Shown piece by piece: positions 9,723-19,295 of a stretch of DNA of 45,068 nt. The notes under the pieces were generated by a model. That model was not told where the DNA came from, ran no database searches, and saw nothing but the letters and a program-made list of their open reading frames with translations. The position numbers and the translations under genes were made by a program. How positions within the stretch are numbered: position 1 is the stretch's first letter; each line of letters opens with the position of its first letter. The DNA is taken from the sequence record DRR378314_1174, one strand, 5' to 3'.

Positions 9723-10409
9723 ATGAGGGCGTTCGGGGTATTGGGATTGGTGCTGGCTTGGCCAGACGTGGCATTTGCCGGGCCGTGGGCTCAGGCACCT
9801 GGCGATTGGTACGCTTCTGCTGCGATCACTCAGGAAGAGCTCGAAGGCATTCGTGGCAACCGGGTCGAATTGTACGGCGAGTATGGCTTTGCGCGCAATT
9901 GGACCGTCACGGCGAAGTCAGAGGCCGTCGCCTATGAACTTGGCGGTCAGTTCGACAAGGAATTCTGGCGCGGCACGCTCCGCCGCCAGCTCGTCTCCCA
10001 TAAGGGGTGGGCTGTGGGCGTTGAAGGCGGTGTGGTGCACGGCAATTCGCTGGGCGGTGTGTTTGCGTGCGATGAGTGGGGCGCTGAGCTTCGCGTGAGC
10101 GGCGGCCTGTCCGGTGTGCGCGGCGGACGAAACTTCTACACGTTCGCGGATCTCGTCACGATCCGGCATGAAGATGGCTGCGCACGGCAACGCGCAGAGT
10201 TTGGCTATGGTGTCGATCTCTGGCGCAGCATCTTCCTCAGCCAGCAACTCTGGATCGAGCGCGGCAACAAATCTGCTGATTCAAACAAGTATGAGACGAA
10301 GCTAGGCTACCATTTCGATTGGGCAGACCTGGCTGTCGGATATCGGGAAGAGTTCGCCGGAGACTTTGATGAGCATTCTGTGTTGCTCTCCATCGTCTTC
10401 CGGCGCTGA
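9723..10409 (+). CDS. Hypothetical exported protein, probable outer-membrane beta-barrel
   Basis: Signal peptide AFA|GPW, alternating amphipathic strands rich in aromatic residues, C-terminal LLSIVFRR. Confidence 0.7.
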   Translation: MRAFGVLGLVLAWPDVAFAGPWAQAPGDWYASAAITQEELEGIRGNRVELYGEYGFARNWTVTAKSEAVAYELGGQFDKEFWRGTLRRQLVSHKGWAVGVEGGVVHGNSLGGVFACDEWGAELRVSGGLSGVRGGRNFYTFADLVTIRHEDGCARQRAEFGYGVDLWRSIFLSQQLWIERGNKSADSNKYETKLGYHFDWADLAVGYREEFAGDFDEHSVLLSIVFRR

Positions 10410-10427
10410 CTCTCCCCTGTCGCTCCC

Positions 10428-10994
10428 CTATTCGGCAGGGGCCTCTTCCGCTGTAGGGGCGGCCTCTGGCACGTATCCCGTCTCGCTCATCAAATAGGCA
10501 ACCACGGCGATCCGGTCGTCAGGCTTGCGGACGCCTGCAAACGTCATGCGGTTGCCGGGCAGGAAAGTGCGCGGGTTTTCCAGCCAATGTTCCACCTGAT
10601 CCGGGGTCCAGGTGAAATCGGCTTCCTGAAGTGCGGGAGAATAGGTGAAGTCTTCCAGCGCACCAGCTTCGCGACCGAACAGGCCGTGAAGGTTTGGTCC
10701 GACGAGGTGCCCGCCACCTTCGGCGGTGATGTGGCAAGACTGGCAGAGTTTCCAGGTGCGGCGACCGCGCGCATAATCGGCCGTGTTGTACGGCGCGGGC
10801 AGGGCTGCGAATGGCGACGTCGCATCGGCAGCCGCTTCGGTGACCGCGGCAGGCGTTGTTTCTGGGGCAGTGGAGGCAGCGGGAGCTTCAGCTTGCGGTG
10901 CTGCCGGGGCTGCGTCCGATGCGGGCGCATCAGAGCCTCCGCAGGCTGTCAGCAGAAGTGCGGAGGCAAAAGCGAGGGAAATAGTCGTCTTCAT
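10428..10994 (-). CDS. Cytochrome c2-family lipoprotein
   Basis: Lipobox LTAC, Ala/Pro linker, CQSCH, GPNLHGLFGR, PGNRM axial Met. Confidence 0.93.
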   Translation of the reverse strand: MKTTISLAFASALLLTACGGSDAPASDAAPAAPQAEAPAASTAPETTPAAVTEAAADATSPFAALPAPYNTADYARGRRTWKLCQSCHITAEGGGHLVGPNLHGLFGREAGALEDFTYSPALQEADFTWTPDQVEHWLENPRTFLPGNRMTFAGVRKPDDRIAVVAYLMSETGYVPEAAPTAEEAPAE

Positions 10995-11158
10995 GAGAGA
11001 ATAGGGCTCCAGGATATATCCAGCCGCACTTTGTGGGGTAACCAAGCGTAAAGCAACCGGCCTGCGTCAACTGGACGCCCGATGGCAGATGCTGTCATAC
11101 AAGCAGGTGTCTGAGGCGGGGCAGGGACAAAGCCCCTGCACCGCGTTATCCTGAGCAG

Positions 11159-13084
11159 ATGGCTGATTCCCTTCGATCCCGCCCGGAAATTCGCAAACTG
11201 CCCCCCGACGTCGTGAACCGTATCGCGGCGGGCGAGGTCGTTGAACGCCCGGCGGCAGCGGTAAAGGAATTGGTGGAGAATGCGCTCGACGCAGGTGCGC
11301 GGCGCATTTCCATTTCGATCGAGGCTGGAGGCCTGAAGCGCATCATCATCGAGGATGATGGCTGTGGCATGTCCGCCGACGATTTGCTGGTCGCGCTGGA
11401 ACGGCATGCAACCTCAAAACTCGTGCCGGATGCGGGCGGGCGTGTTGACCTGCTGAACATCCATACGATGGGCTTCCGAGGCGAAGCGCTGCCGTCAATT
11501 GCGTCAGTCAGCCGGTGTAGCATCTCGTCCCGTGCGGCGGGTGAGGATGCTGCCGAAGTGTTTGTCGAAGCGGGGCGGATGGAAGGCCCTCGCCCGGCGG
11601 CCTTCACGGGGCGCGGTGAAGCGGGCACGCGGATCGAGGTGCGCGATCTGTTTTACGCAACCCCCGCCCGCTTGAAGTTCATGAAAGGCGAGCGCGCCGA
11701 GAGCATGGCCGTGACGGATACGGTCAAGCGTCTGGCGATGGCGAATCCGCATGTCGCGTTCTCTTTGGAGAATAACGGGCGCAACTCGCTCAGATACGGC
11801 GCCGAGGCTGAAGGTGCGTCTGGTCAACTTGCCCGTTTGGGCGCCATCATGGGACGGGATTTCCGCGAGAATGCGCTGGAGATTGATGCCGAGCGCGAAG
11901 GTGTACGGCTTAGCGGCTTCGCAGGCCTGCCCACGCTGAACCGTGGTAATGCGCAGATGCAATTCCTGTTCGTGAATGGACGGCCCGTTAAGGACCGCAT
12001 GCTGAATGGCGTGATTCGCGCGGCCTATCAGGATTTTCTTGCGCGGGACCGGCATCCGCTCGCAGCGCTGTTCGTGGACCTTGATCCGGAATATGTGGAT
12101 GTGAACGTGCACCCGGCGAAGACCGAAGTACGCTTCCGCGACGCCGGGAATGTGCGGGGGCTGATGATTGGCGCGCTGCGCCATGCGCTTGCCGCCGCCG
12201 GACATCGCGCCTCGACCACGGTGGCGAACTATGCGCTCGGCAAGGTTAAGATTGAAGAAGCGACCTCGCCCAATCTCTGGTCGGTCCCGTCCGCGCCGGA
12301 GCGTCAGGCGTCGCCCTCTTCCTATTATCGCCAGCCGGTCGGACCGGATCTGGATCAGCCGCTTCCGCCTTCTGGCATGGAGACACCACCGCCCCATATG
12401 CATGGTCTGAGTGAAGCGCCGCCGCCGATCTACCGGCACGATGCGGCACCTTCGGCGCGGGTTGAGCCCGATGCAGGCGCTACGCATGGGGCGCAGCCGG
12501 ACTTTCCGCTCGGTGTCGCACGGGCGCAGCTGCATGAGACCTATGTAATCGCACAGACGGCAGATGGAATTGTCATCGTTGACCAGCACGCTGCGCATGA
12601 GCGCCTCGTCTACGAAGACATGAAGCGCCAGATGGCGGCGGGCGGTGTGAAACGACAGGCGCTGCTGATTCCAGATGTGGTGGAGCTCTCTGAGGATGAG
12701 GCCGCCCGGGTGCTGGAGCGTGCAGAGGAACTGGCTGAACTTGGCCTGGAGATCGAGCCATTCGGTTCAGGGGCGATCTGTGTGCGGGCGACCCCGGCCC
12801 TGTTCGGTGAGATGGATGCGATGGGACTGATCCGTGATCTGGCGGACGATTTTGCGGAGTATGATGCGGGTCTTGCGCTCAAGGAGCGGTTCGAGGAAGT
12901 CATGGGCAATATGGCATGCCGCGGATCGGTCCGGGCCGGGCGTCGTCTGAACGGTGAAGAGATGAATGCGCTGCTTCGTCAGATGGAGGCCACTCCACAT
13001 TCCGGGCAATGCAATCATGGCAGGCCCACCTATGTGGAACTGAAGCTTGCGGATATCGAACGCTTGTTTGGGCGTCGTGGTTAG
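11159..13084 (+). CDS. mutL: DNA mismatch repair protein MutL (endonuclease-containing)
   Basis: [42 protein letters not shown]. Confidence 0.98.
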   Translation: MADSLRSRPEIRKLPPDVVNRIAAGEVVERPAAAVKELVENALDAGARRISISIEAGGLKRIIIEDDGCGMSADDLLVALERHATSKLVPDAGGRVDLLNIHTMGFRGEALPSIASVSRCSISSRAAGEDAAEVFVEAGRMEGPRPAAFTGRGEAGTRIEVRDLFYATPARLKFMKGERAESMAVTDTVKRLAMANPHVAFSLENNGRNSLRYGAEAEGASGQLARLGAIMGRDFRENALEIDAEREGVRLSGFAGLPTLNRGNAQMQFLFVNGRPVKDRMLNGVIRAAYQDFLARDRHPLAALFVDLDPEYVDVNVHPAKTEVRFRDAGNVRGLMIGALRHALAAAGHRASTTVANYALGKVKIEEATSPNLWSVPSAPERQASPSSYYRQPVGPDLDQPLPPSGMETPPPHMHGLSEAPPPIYRHDAAPSARVEPDAGATHGAQPDFPLGVARAQLHETYVIAQTADGIVIVDQHAAHERLVYEDMKRQMAAGGVKRQALLIPDVVELSEDEAARVLERAEELAELGLEIEPFGSGAICVRATPALFGEMDAMGLIRDLADDFAEYDAGLALKERFEEVMGNMACRGSVRAGRRLNGEEMNALLRQMEATPHSGQCNHGRPTYVELKLADIERLFGRRG

Positions 13085-13097
13085 GAAAACGAGCGGC

Positions 13098-13754
13098 ATG
13101 GACGCGCTGATCTTTGACTGTGATGGCGTGCTGGTCGATTCCGAGACAATTTCCATTGCCGTAGAGCGGGAGATGCTGTCTGGCTGGGGGCTGGACTATC
13201 CGTTTGAGACGTTCGTGTCGCGTTTTGTCGGGCTTCACAATCGGGATTTCCATGCTGCACTTGCGGCAGACGCGATTTCCAATGGGCGTCCGTTGCCGGA
13301 GGATTTTGCGGACCAGTTGCAGGCGCAGATATGGCGTCGCTTCGAGACAGATTTGACCGCGATTGGAGGTGTGTTGGACGCAGTCGCCGCATTTGCGGGC
13401 GCAATAGCGGTGGCCTCCTCGTCAGAGGCGGAAAAGCTCGTGCGGAAGCTTCAGCTGACCGGGCTCCATGCGGCGTTTGCCCCGCATGTTTATTCATCCG
13501 ACCTGGTCACAAACGGAAAGCCTGCACCTGACCTGTTTCTCTATGCGGCAGGGCAAATCAATGCGCGCCCCGAAAATTGTGTCGTGATTGAAGACAGTGT
13601 GAACGGCGTGAAGGCCGCACGTGCCGCCGGAATGACGGCTTGGGGGTTTGTTGGTGGCGGTCACGCGGATGCAGGCCTCGGAGAGCGCTTGTTGTCAGCA
13701 GGCGCACATCGCGTGTTTGCCTCTCATGCCCAGATTGCGTCTGCGCTCAGCTAG
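13098..13754 (+). CDS. HAD-IA family hydrolase
   Basis: IFDCDGVLVDSE, ASSS, KPAPD, IEDS. Confidence 0.92.
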   Translation: MDALIFDCDGVLVDSETISIAVEREMLSGWGLDYPFETFVSRFVGLHNRDFHAALAADAISNGRPLPEDFADQLQAQIWRRFETDLTAIGGVLDAVAAFAGAIAVASSSEAEKLVRKLQLTGLHAAFAPHVYSSDLVTNGKPAPDLFLYAAGQINARPENCVVIEDSVNGVKAARAAGMTAWGFVGGGHADAGLGERLLSAGAHRVFASHAQIASALS

Positions 13755-13755
13755 G

Positions 13756-14397
13756 TCAGGCGTTCGGGAATACATCTGTCAGCGCGGCCCAGTCTGCTTC
13801 ATGTGATCCGGCATGGTTCGGTTTGGTCGGGTCAGTCAAGCGCCCGCGGGGCTTGGTATAGCTGTCGATCTTGCGTTCCGGTTTTTCATGCCACTGAATG
13901 TTCACGGCCCAGAGTTTCGGGAAGAAGTACAGGGTTGAGTAAGGCAAATGATCATGAATCCACCAAGCCAGTTTCTGCCAGTCCCCTTCTGCATGAAACG
14001 CGTCATAAAATGCGGGGATCACGATGCAGGCCGTCGCGCCCATATGCCCGTTTGAGTCGCGGCGATCCCAGATATGGTGTCCGAAGTTGCTTTCATTCGA
14101 TGCGCAATTGTAGCCCTTTTTCCTTTCGCGCTGCATCTGGTTACCGAAACCATTCACTTCAGGAGATCTGTAGGCGGACCGGATGGCAATGCGACCGAAT
14201 ACGTCCTGCAGGGGCTCTAGCAGTTCCGTGCAAAGCTTCGTGCCAGCCGCGATGGCAAGGTCGGGATCGTCGGGGGCGTTTGAAAAGCCATGAATTGCAG
14301 CGATATCCGAAAACAGAAAGTCGCGCATGAAAAAGGATTTTGACAAACGTGTGCGTCCGAACTCTGACAAGCTTTCGACGCTGTTGGGCGGTTTCAT
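13756..14397 (-). CDS. Conserved hypothetical protein, peptidase M15A-like fold
   Basis: RLSKSFFMRDF and LLEPLQDVFG.IAIRSAYRSPEVN resemble the M15A N-terminal half; ATG at 14397. Confidence 0.7.
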   Translation of the reverse strand: MKPPNSVESLSEFGRTRLSKSFFMRDFLFSDIAAIHGFSNAPDDPDLAIAAGTKLCTELLEPLQDVFGRIAIRSAYRSPEVNGFGNQMQRERKKGYNCASNESNFGHHIWDRRDSNGHMGATACIVIPAFYDAFHAEGDWQKLAWWIHDHLPYSTLYFFPKLWAVNIQWHEKPERKIDSYTKPRGRLTDPTKPNHAGSHEADWAALTDVFPNA

Positions 14398-14405
14398 GGG
14401 GCAGA

Positions 14406-14714
14406 CTAGTCCTGATCGCTGGTGTCGGCATCCACAACCCAATACATTTCCGGTGTGCATGTGCCTTCGGTAATCCGGTCGCGCTTCAGAGTAAGGGTTT
14501 CACCGACTTCCGGCAGGGTGCCGAGATATTCGTCAGAGACCCAGAATTCTCCGTCATCGCCCTCAAACAGTGCGCCATCCTCATCGACTTCCGTGACAAT
14601 TGCCGTGATGATGGACGTCTCATAGCTGCACGGCCCTCCGGCCATGGGCGGCGAAGGCTGATTGCAAGCAGTCGTCAGTGCCAGCGTGCCGAGCGTAAAA
14701 ATCGTGTAGCGCAT
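14406..14714 (-). CDS. Small acidic lipoprotein
   Basis: GGGAG RBS, lipobox TTAC, mature Cys pair (GPCSY...GTCTP). Confidence 0.75.
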   Translation of the reverse strand: MRYTIFTLGTLALTTACNQPSPPMAGGPCSYETSIITAIVTEVDEDGALFEGDDGEFWVSDEYLGTLPEVGETLTLKRDRITEGTCTPEMYWVVDADTSDQD

Positions 14715-14774
14715 AAGATACGTCTCCCCTTCCGAGGGAAGGCTATCGGCATTTCCAGCGAACTCAAGCAGAAA

Positions 14775-16184
14775 TCAGGTGTTGATGACGCGGCCGGGAT
14801 TCATGATATTGGCCGGGTCGAGTGCGCGCTTGATGGCGCGCATCGTTTCGGTGGCGGCCTTGGGGCGGATACGTTCCAACTCGTCCCGCTTCAGGCGCCC
14901 GACGCCATGCTCGGCGCTGATGGAGCCGTCGAAGCTCATCACCTGATCATAGATGATACGAAACACTGCCGCATCCTGCCCGCGCAGAACAGGCTGGGCC
15001 GCATTGCCCGGTTCGCAGACGGAGTAATGCAGGTTCCCGTCACCCACATGTCCGAAAATCACGAACTCCGCTGTTGGCACTTGCTCAAGCACCGCCTGAT
15101 TGCAGGCCTTGATGAAGTCCGGAATACGGCTGATCGGAACGGAGATATCCTGATTGAGCGCTGTGCCATAGGCGCGCTTGGAAAGCGGGATGGTTTCGCG
15201 AATGTGCCAAAAGCTGTCGGCCTGCGCGACGCTTTCGGCAATCACGGCATCGGCGACGAGATTGGATTCATAGGCCGATGCCAGTGCGCCTTCCAGTACG
15301 TCGCGGGCATGATCTTCCCGCGACATGGAAACTTCCATCAACACGCGCCATGGCAGGTCCGAAGGTAACGGGTCGCGCGTGTCCGGTACGTCTGCCTGCA
15401 CCATGGCAACAGCATTTGCCGGAATGATCTCGAAACTCGTCACAGTGTCGCCCGCATGATCACGGACAAGAGCGAGTAGTTTGACGACATCGTCCGTAGA
15501 CGCGCAGGTCACCCAGGCGCTGGCGCGTTGCACTTGCGGGAAGAGTTTGAGGGTTGCCGCTGTGATGATGCCAAGCGTGCCTTCCGCGCCTGCGAACAGC
15601 TGCTTGAGATCATAGCCAGTATTATTCTTGCGCAAGCCGGACAAGCCATTCCAGATTTCGCCGGTAGGTAAAACAACTTCAAGCCCGAGGATCAGGTCTC
15701 GCATCATCCCATAGCGCAGGACCGCTACACCGCCAGCGTTGGTAGAGATAAGACCGCCAATGGTTGCTGTGCCTTCAGAGCCGAGCGAGAGCGGGAAGAG
15801 CCGTTTTGCGTCTTCGGCCGCCTGCTGCGCAGTGACGAGTGGCGCGCCTGCTTCGATGACCATTGAGTTGTTGAAGGCATCCAGCGACCGAACCGCATTC
15901 ATACGTTGCATGGAAATGCAGATTTCGCCGTGAGGTGTGCCTGCATCGACCAGACCTGTATTGCCGCCTTGCGGTGTGATCGCAACGCCGTGCTGATTGC
16001 AGAGCTTCACCAACTCTGCCGTCTCGACGGTTGTCGCCGGCCTCGCGAGAAACGGTGTTTCGCCCTTGTAGGTCCCGCGCCAGGGGCTGACGACCTTTTC
16101 GAGGTCTTCTGCCTCCGTGCTCCACCCTTTCGGGCTGAGCAGGCTTTTTGCGGCAGAGAGAAAGTCGGGGCTGAGCTGTGTCAT
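14775..16184 (-). CDS. FAD-binding oxidoreductase (D-2-hydroxyacid dehydrogenase family)
   Basis: PQGGNTGL, GGLISTNAGG, GHVGDGNLH, SAEHGVG, NIMNPG. Confidence 0.93.
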   Translation of the reverse strand: MTQLSPDFLSAAKSLLSPKGWSTEAEDLEKVVSPWRGTYKGETPFLARPATTVETAELVKLCNQHGVAITPQGGNTGLVDAGTPHGEICISMQRMNAVRSLDAFNNSMVIEAGAPLVTAQQAAEDAKRLFPLSLGSEGTATIGGLISTNAGGVAVLRYGMMRDLILGLEVVLPTGEIWNGLSGLRKNNTGYDLKQLFAGAEGTLGIITAATLKLFPQVQRASAWVTCASTDDVVKLLALVRDHAGDTVTSFEIIPANAVAMVQADVPDTRDPLPSDLPWRVLMEVSMSREDHARDVLEGALASAYESNLVADAVIAESVAQADSFWHIRETIPLSKRAYGTALNQDISVPISRIPDFIKACNQAVLEQVPTAEFVIFGHVGDGNLHYSVCEPGNAAQPVLRGQDAAVFRIIYDQVMSFDGSISAEHGVGRLKRDELERIRPKAATETMRAIKRALDPANIMNPGRVINT

Positions 16185-16243
16185 GTGGGACAATCTAACC
16201 ATTCTGAAGCGTGAATGCGATGACCAAACAGTGAGGCATTGGG

Positions 16244-17182
16244 TCAGTCGCGATGAGCGGCGCGCGCGAGACGGTCATTGATAGCTTCGCCCAGACCTTC
16301 ATTGGGAATGCGGGCTACGGCGATCCTGTCAGCCACCGCATCGAGTTGGCGCAACATGGCGAAGAGATTTGCCGCCGCTTCGGAGAGGCTTCCTTCTGGT
16401 GACAAATTCGCGCCGCCGTGGGTGTCTGAGCCGAAGCCGAGCCAGGCCTCCCCTTCTTCAGGGGCGTCGGCGTCGAGGCGCATGCGGGCATTTGGCGCGT
16501 AGTGGCTTTTCAACTGACCTGGCGCAGTAATGCCGTCTTCCTCGCCCGCACGGGCAAGCGGAGCGCCGAGGAAAGCCTCAAGTGCGGAGGTCTCAACGGC
16601 GCCAGCTCGAAGCAGGACGGGGCGGTCGCCGACGAAGGACACAATGGTGGACTCGATGCCTTGTTTGCTCGGGCCGCCATCCAGAATCAGATCCAGCTTG
16701 TCATCAAGGTCAGCTTTTACGTGTTCCGCGCGGGTTGGGCTGATATGCCCTGACCTGTTGGCGGACGGCGCGACGACAGGACGGCCGAAGCCGGAGATCA
16801 ACTGGCGCGCGCCGGGATGCGCCGGCATGCGGAGGGCAATGGTCTCCAGTCCGGAGCGGGCAAGGTCGCAGACGGTCCCCGTTGGCGCGACGGGCAGCAC
16901 GATCGTCAACGGACCTGGCCAGAAGGCGCTTGCCAGCGCGAGCGCCGCTTCGGAGAAGACCGCTTCCCTTTGCGCCATGTCGAGACTTGCGACATGGGCG
17001 ATCAGCGGATTGAAGCGCGGCCTGCCCTTGGCCGTGTAGAGCCGGGTTACGGCGTCAGGGTTCGTCGCATCACAGGCCAGCCCGTAGACTGTCTCTGTCG
17101 GCATGGCGACGAGACCGCCCTTGCGCAGGAAGCTGATCGCAAGGTCGATGGGGCCGGAACTGATGGGCGCGATGGCTGTCAT
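16244..17182 (-). CDS. tsaC: L-threonylcarbamoyladenylate synthase (Sua5 type)
   Basis: PTETVYGL, KGRP..NPLI, FWPGPLT, APSAN.SG, SHYAP, C-terminal SUA5 domain. Confidence 0.95.
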   Translation of the reverse strand: MTAIAPISSGPIDLAISFLRKGGLVAMPTETVYGLACDATNPDAVTRLYTAKGRPRFNPLIAHVASLDMAQREAVFSEAALALASAFWPGPLTIVLPVAPTGTVCDLARSGLETIALRMPAHPGARQLISGFGRPVVAPSANRSGHISPTRAEHVKADLDDKLDLILDGGPSKQGIESTIVSFVGDRPVLLRAGAVETSALEAFLGAPLARAGEEDGITAPGQLKSHYAPNARMRLDADAPEEGEAWLGFGSDTHGGANLSPEGSLSEAAANLFAMLRQLDAVADRIAVARIPNEGLGEAINDRLARAAHRD

Positions 17183-17229
17183 GCGCGGGACTTAGCATTG
17201 GCGCGGCGGCCCCGGAAGCCGCCGCTGCA

Positions 17230-18429
17230 CTATTTGCGGGTCGCGGTCCCCGTGACCGTGACGCTGATATCTTCTCCGACCCATGTTGCTGCCGGATCAG
17301 ACGCCTGGCCGAGATTGAAGGCCTTTCGGCTCATCACCGCGGAGGCGTCCAAGCGTGCTGTGTCGCCCTCAATATCCAGCGTGAAGGTGAGCGGGATGGT
17401 GACCAGCTCTGTTTTCAGCGTGATGACGGCATCAGCGGTGTAGCCCTCGCCGGTTTTCTGGAAGTCTGTCAGACGAATGCGCGCAGTCGGAAAGGTGTTC
17501 GTGTCGAACCATTCCGGCCCTGTCAGGCTGTCATTGTAGAGCTTCTTGCCAGCGTCAGCTGTCGCCATTTCGACCATGACCAGAACTTGCGATGAAGCGA
17601 GGTCGTCCGGATAGAACTCTACATCGGCCGTCCAGCTGCCAAAGGTGCCGGTGAACTCGTTGCCATCATAGATACCGGTGAAGCGGATTTCAGAGGCGTC
17701 GTAGTTGACGTCCCAATTTGGCTCCAGCGGCGCGTCAGTCGTCGCCGAAGAGTTATTGTTTGAGGATTCTGAGCTTCCGGATGGAGCGGAAGTTGCCAGC
17801 GGGATGAGCGCGATCAGCGCGAAGGCGACAGCGGAAACACCGAACGCGCGCACATAACCGCGAGCGTTTTTTGGTGCGGCGGGCTTTCCGAATAGGCCCG
17901 GTAGCATTTTCTTGAGTACACCATCCTCACCGCCAATTTCATGTTTCACAGCTCCTGCGACATGCAGAACCAACAGCATGATCAGCAGCCAGGCCCCTTT
18001 GGAGTGAATGGTCTCGATGATCGTGTGAGCAATGTCGCTACGCAGGAAATCCGGTGCGGGCAGGTGCGGCCAGCTGATCGACCCGAACAGAACGGTGGGC
18101 ACTTTGAACTTGGAGGTCGAGACAAGTACCCAGCCTGCGAGCGGCAGGATGAGCATCAGGCCATAGAAAGCCATGTGGACCAGGTGCGATGCCAGTTTCT
18201 CGTGCGCGGGCATTTCTTCCGGCAAGGGCGGCGGTGGATTCGCGGCGCGCCAGAGGATCCGCGTGACTGTCAGGAACAGCAATGTGATCCCGATGGATTT
18301 GTGAAGCTGATAGCGTGCTTCGTTGCCATCCATGTTCCAGCCGAGCCAGATCATGAACAGGATGAGGGCCGCCATCACCCAATGAAGGATGATGGCGACG
18401 GTCGTGTATCTGGCAGATACTTTTTTCAT
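17230..18429 (-). CDS. Cytochrome b561 - YceI fusion protein
   Basis: N-terminal LHW, HKSIG, LVH, LHVAGAVKH heme-b helices; C-terminal YceI beta domain (W.VNYDASEIRF). Confidence 0.9.
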   Translation of the reverse strand: MKKVSARYTTVAIILHWVMAALILFMIWLGWNMDGNEARYQLHKSIGITLLFLTVTRILWRAANPPPPLPEEMPAHEKLASHLVHMAFYGLMLILPLAGWVLVSTSKFKVPTVLFGSISWPHLPAPDFLRSDIAHTIIETIHSKGAWLLIMLLVLHVAGAVKHEIGGEDGVLKKMLPGLFGKPAAPKNARGYVRAFGVSAVAFALIALIPLATSAPSGSSESSNNNSSATTDAPLEPNWDVNYDASEIRFTGIYDGNEFTGTFGSWTADVEFYPDDLASSQVLVMVEMATADAGKKLYNDSLTGPEWFDTNTFPTARIRLTDFQKTGEGYTADAVITLKTELVTIPLTFTLDIEGDTARLDASAVMSRKAFNLGQASDPAATWVGEDISVTVTGTATRK

Positions 18430-18446
18430 CGGGTCTGTCGGTCGAT

Positions 18447-19172
18447 TTATTCAGCGGCCGGTGCGGCCATTGCGAACTCGGTTTCGATCGTGAGATTGAC
18501 CTCGTCGCCCACATTCGGGACCAGTTTCTCAAGACCGAAGGCTGACCGGTTGAAAGAGCCTGTTGCGGAGAAGCCGATTTTCGGTTGTTCCGGCGCCCAT
18601 GGGAAGGTGGCGGTGCCATTGTAAGTCACGTCCAAGGTGACAGGCTTGGTCACGCCCAGGAATGTCAGGTCTCCGGTGACCGTGCCGGTGGATGGGCCGG
18701 TCTGGGTGATCTCTGTCGATGTGAAGGTGATTTCCGGGTATTCGCCAGCGTTGAAGTAACCGGCGTCCTGAGCGATCTCCTCATCAAATGTGTCGTACGG
18801 CGAGTCGGCATGAGTCGCCTTGAAGTCACCCGGGTAGTCTGTTTCGACGGATGTCGGGTCGATTGTGACGGTCAGCGAAGTCGCGCTGGCATCATCGGGA
18901 TTGAATTCAAGCGTTGCGTCGAATTTTGTGAAACGGGCGGTATAGTTTGACAGGCCGAAATGGTTGACTGTCCAGACGAGTGAGGCGTGTGTCGGGTCCA
19001 GGGTGTAGGTGCCAGCTGGGCCGATTTCCGGAGCGACTTCTTCCGCCGGCGCTGCCGTGGCTTCAGCGGTTTCGACAGTTTGCGCTTCGGCCTCGGCTGC
19101 GGGGGCGGTGGTTTCAGCCGCCCCACAGGCGGCGAGGGCGAAGAGAGATACCGTAAGAAGGGATTTACGCAT
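18447..19172 (-). CDS. YceI family polyisoprenoid-binding lipoprotein
   Basis: Lipobox LAAC; YTLDPTH, HFGLS, GDLTFLGVTKPV. Confidence 0.9.
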   Translation of the reverse strand: MRKSLLTVSLFALAACGAAETTAPAAEAEAQTVETAEATAAPAEEVAPEIGPAGTYTLDPTHASLVWTVNHFGLSNYTARFTKFDATLEFNPDDASATSLTVTIDPTSVETDYPGDFKATHADSPYDTFDEEIAQDAGYFNAGEYPEITFTSTEITQTGPSTGTVTGDLTFLGVTKPVTLDVTYNGTATFPWAPEQPKIGFSATGSFNRSAFGLEKLVPNVGDEVNLTIETEFAMAAPAAE

Positions 19173-19295
19173 GGATGAAGTCTCCTGGAGTTTCTGGTAG
19201 AGGGTAACCGTGATTATAGGGCGCAGTTGGCGTCGTGCCATCCCCGCGCTAAATGCTCATCTAAATATGACCTATTCGGATTCTGGGAGAAATGC

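Noticed and set aside
11116..11144. Hairpin GCGG-G-GCAGGG...CCCTGC-A-CCGC before mutL
   Set aside because: GC-rich with no U-tract; plausible by chance
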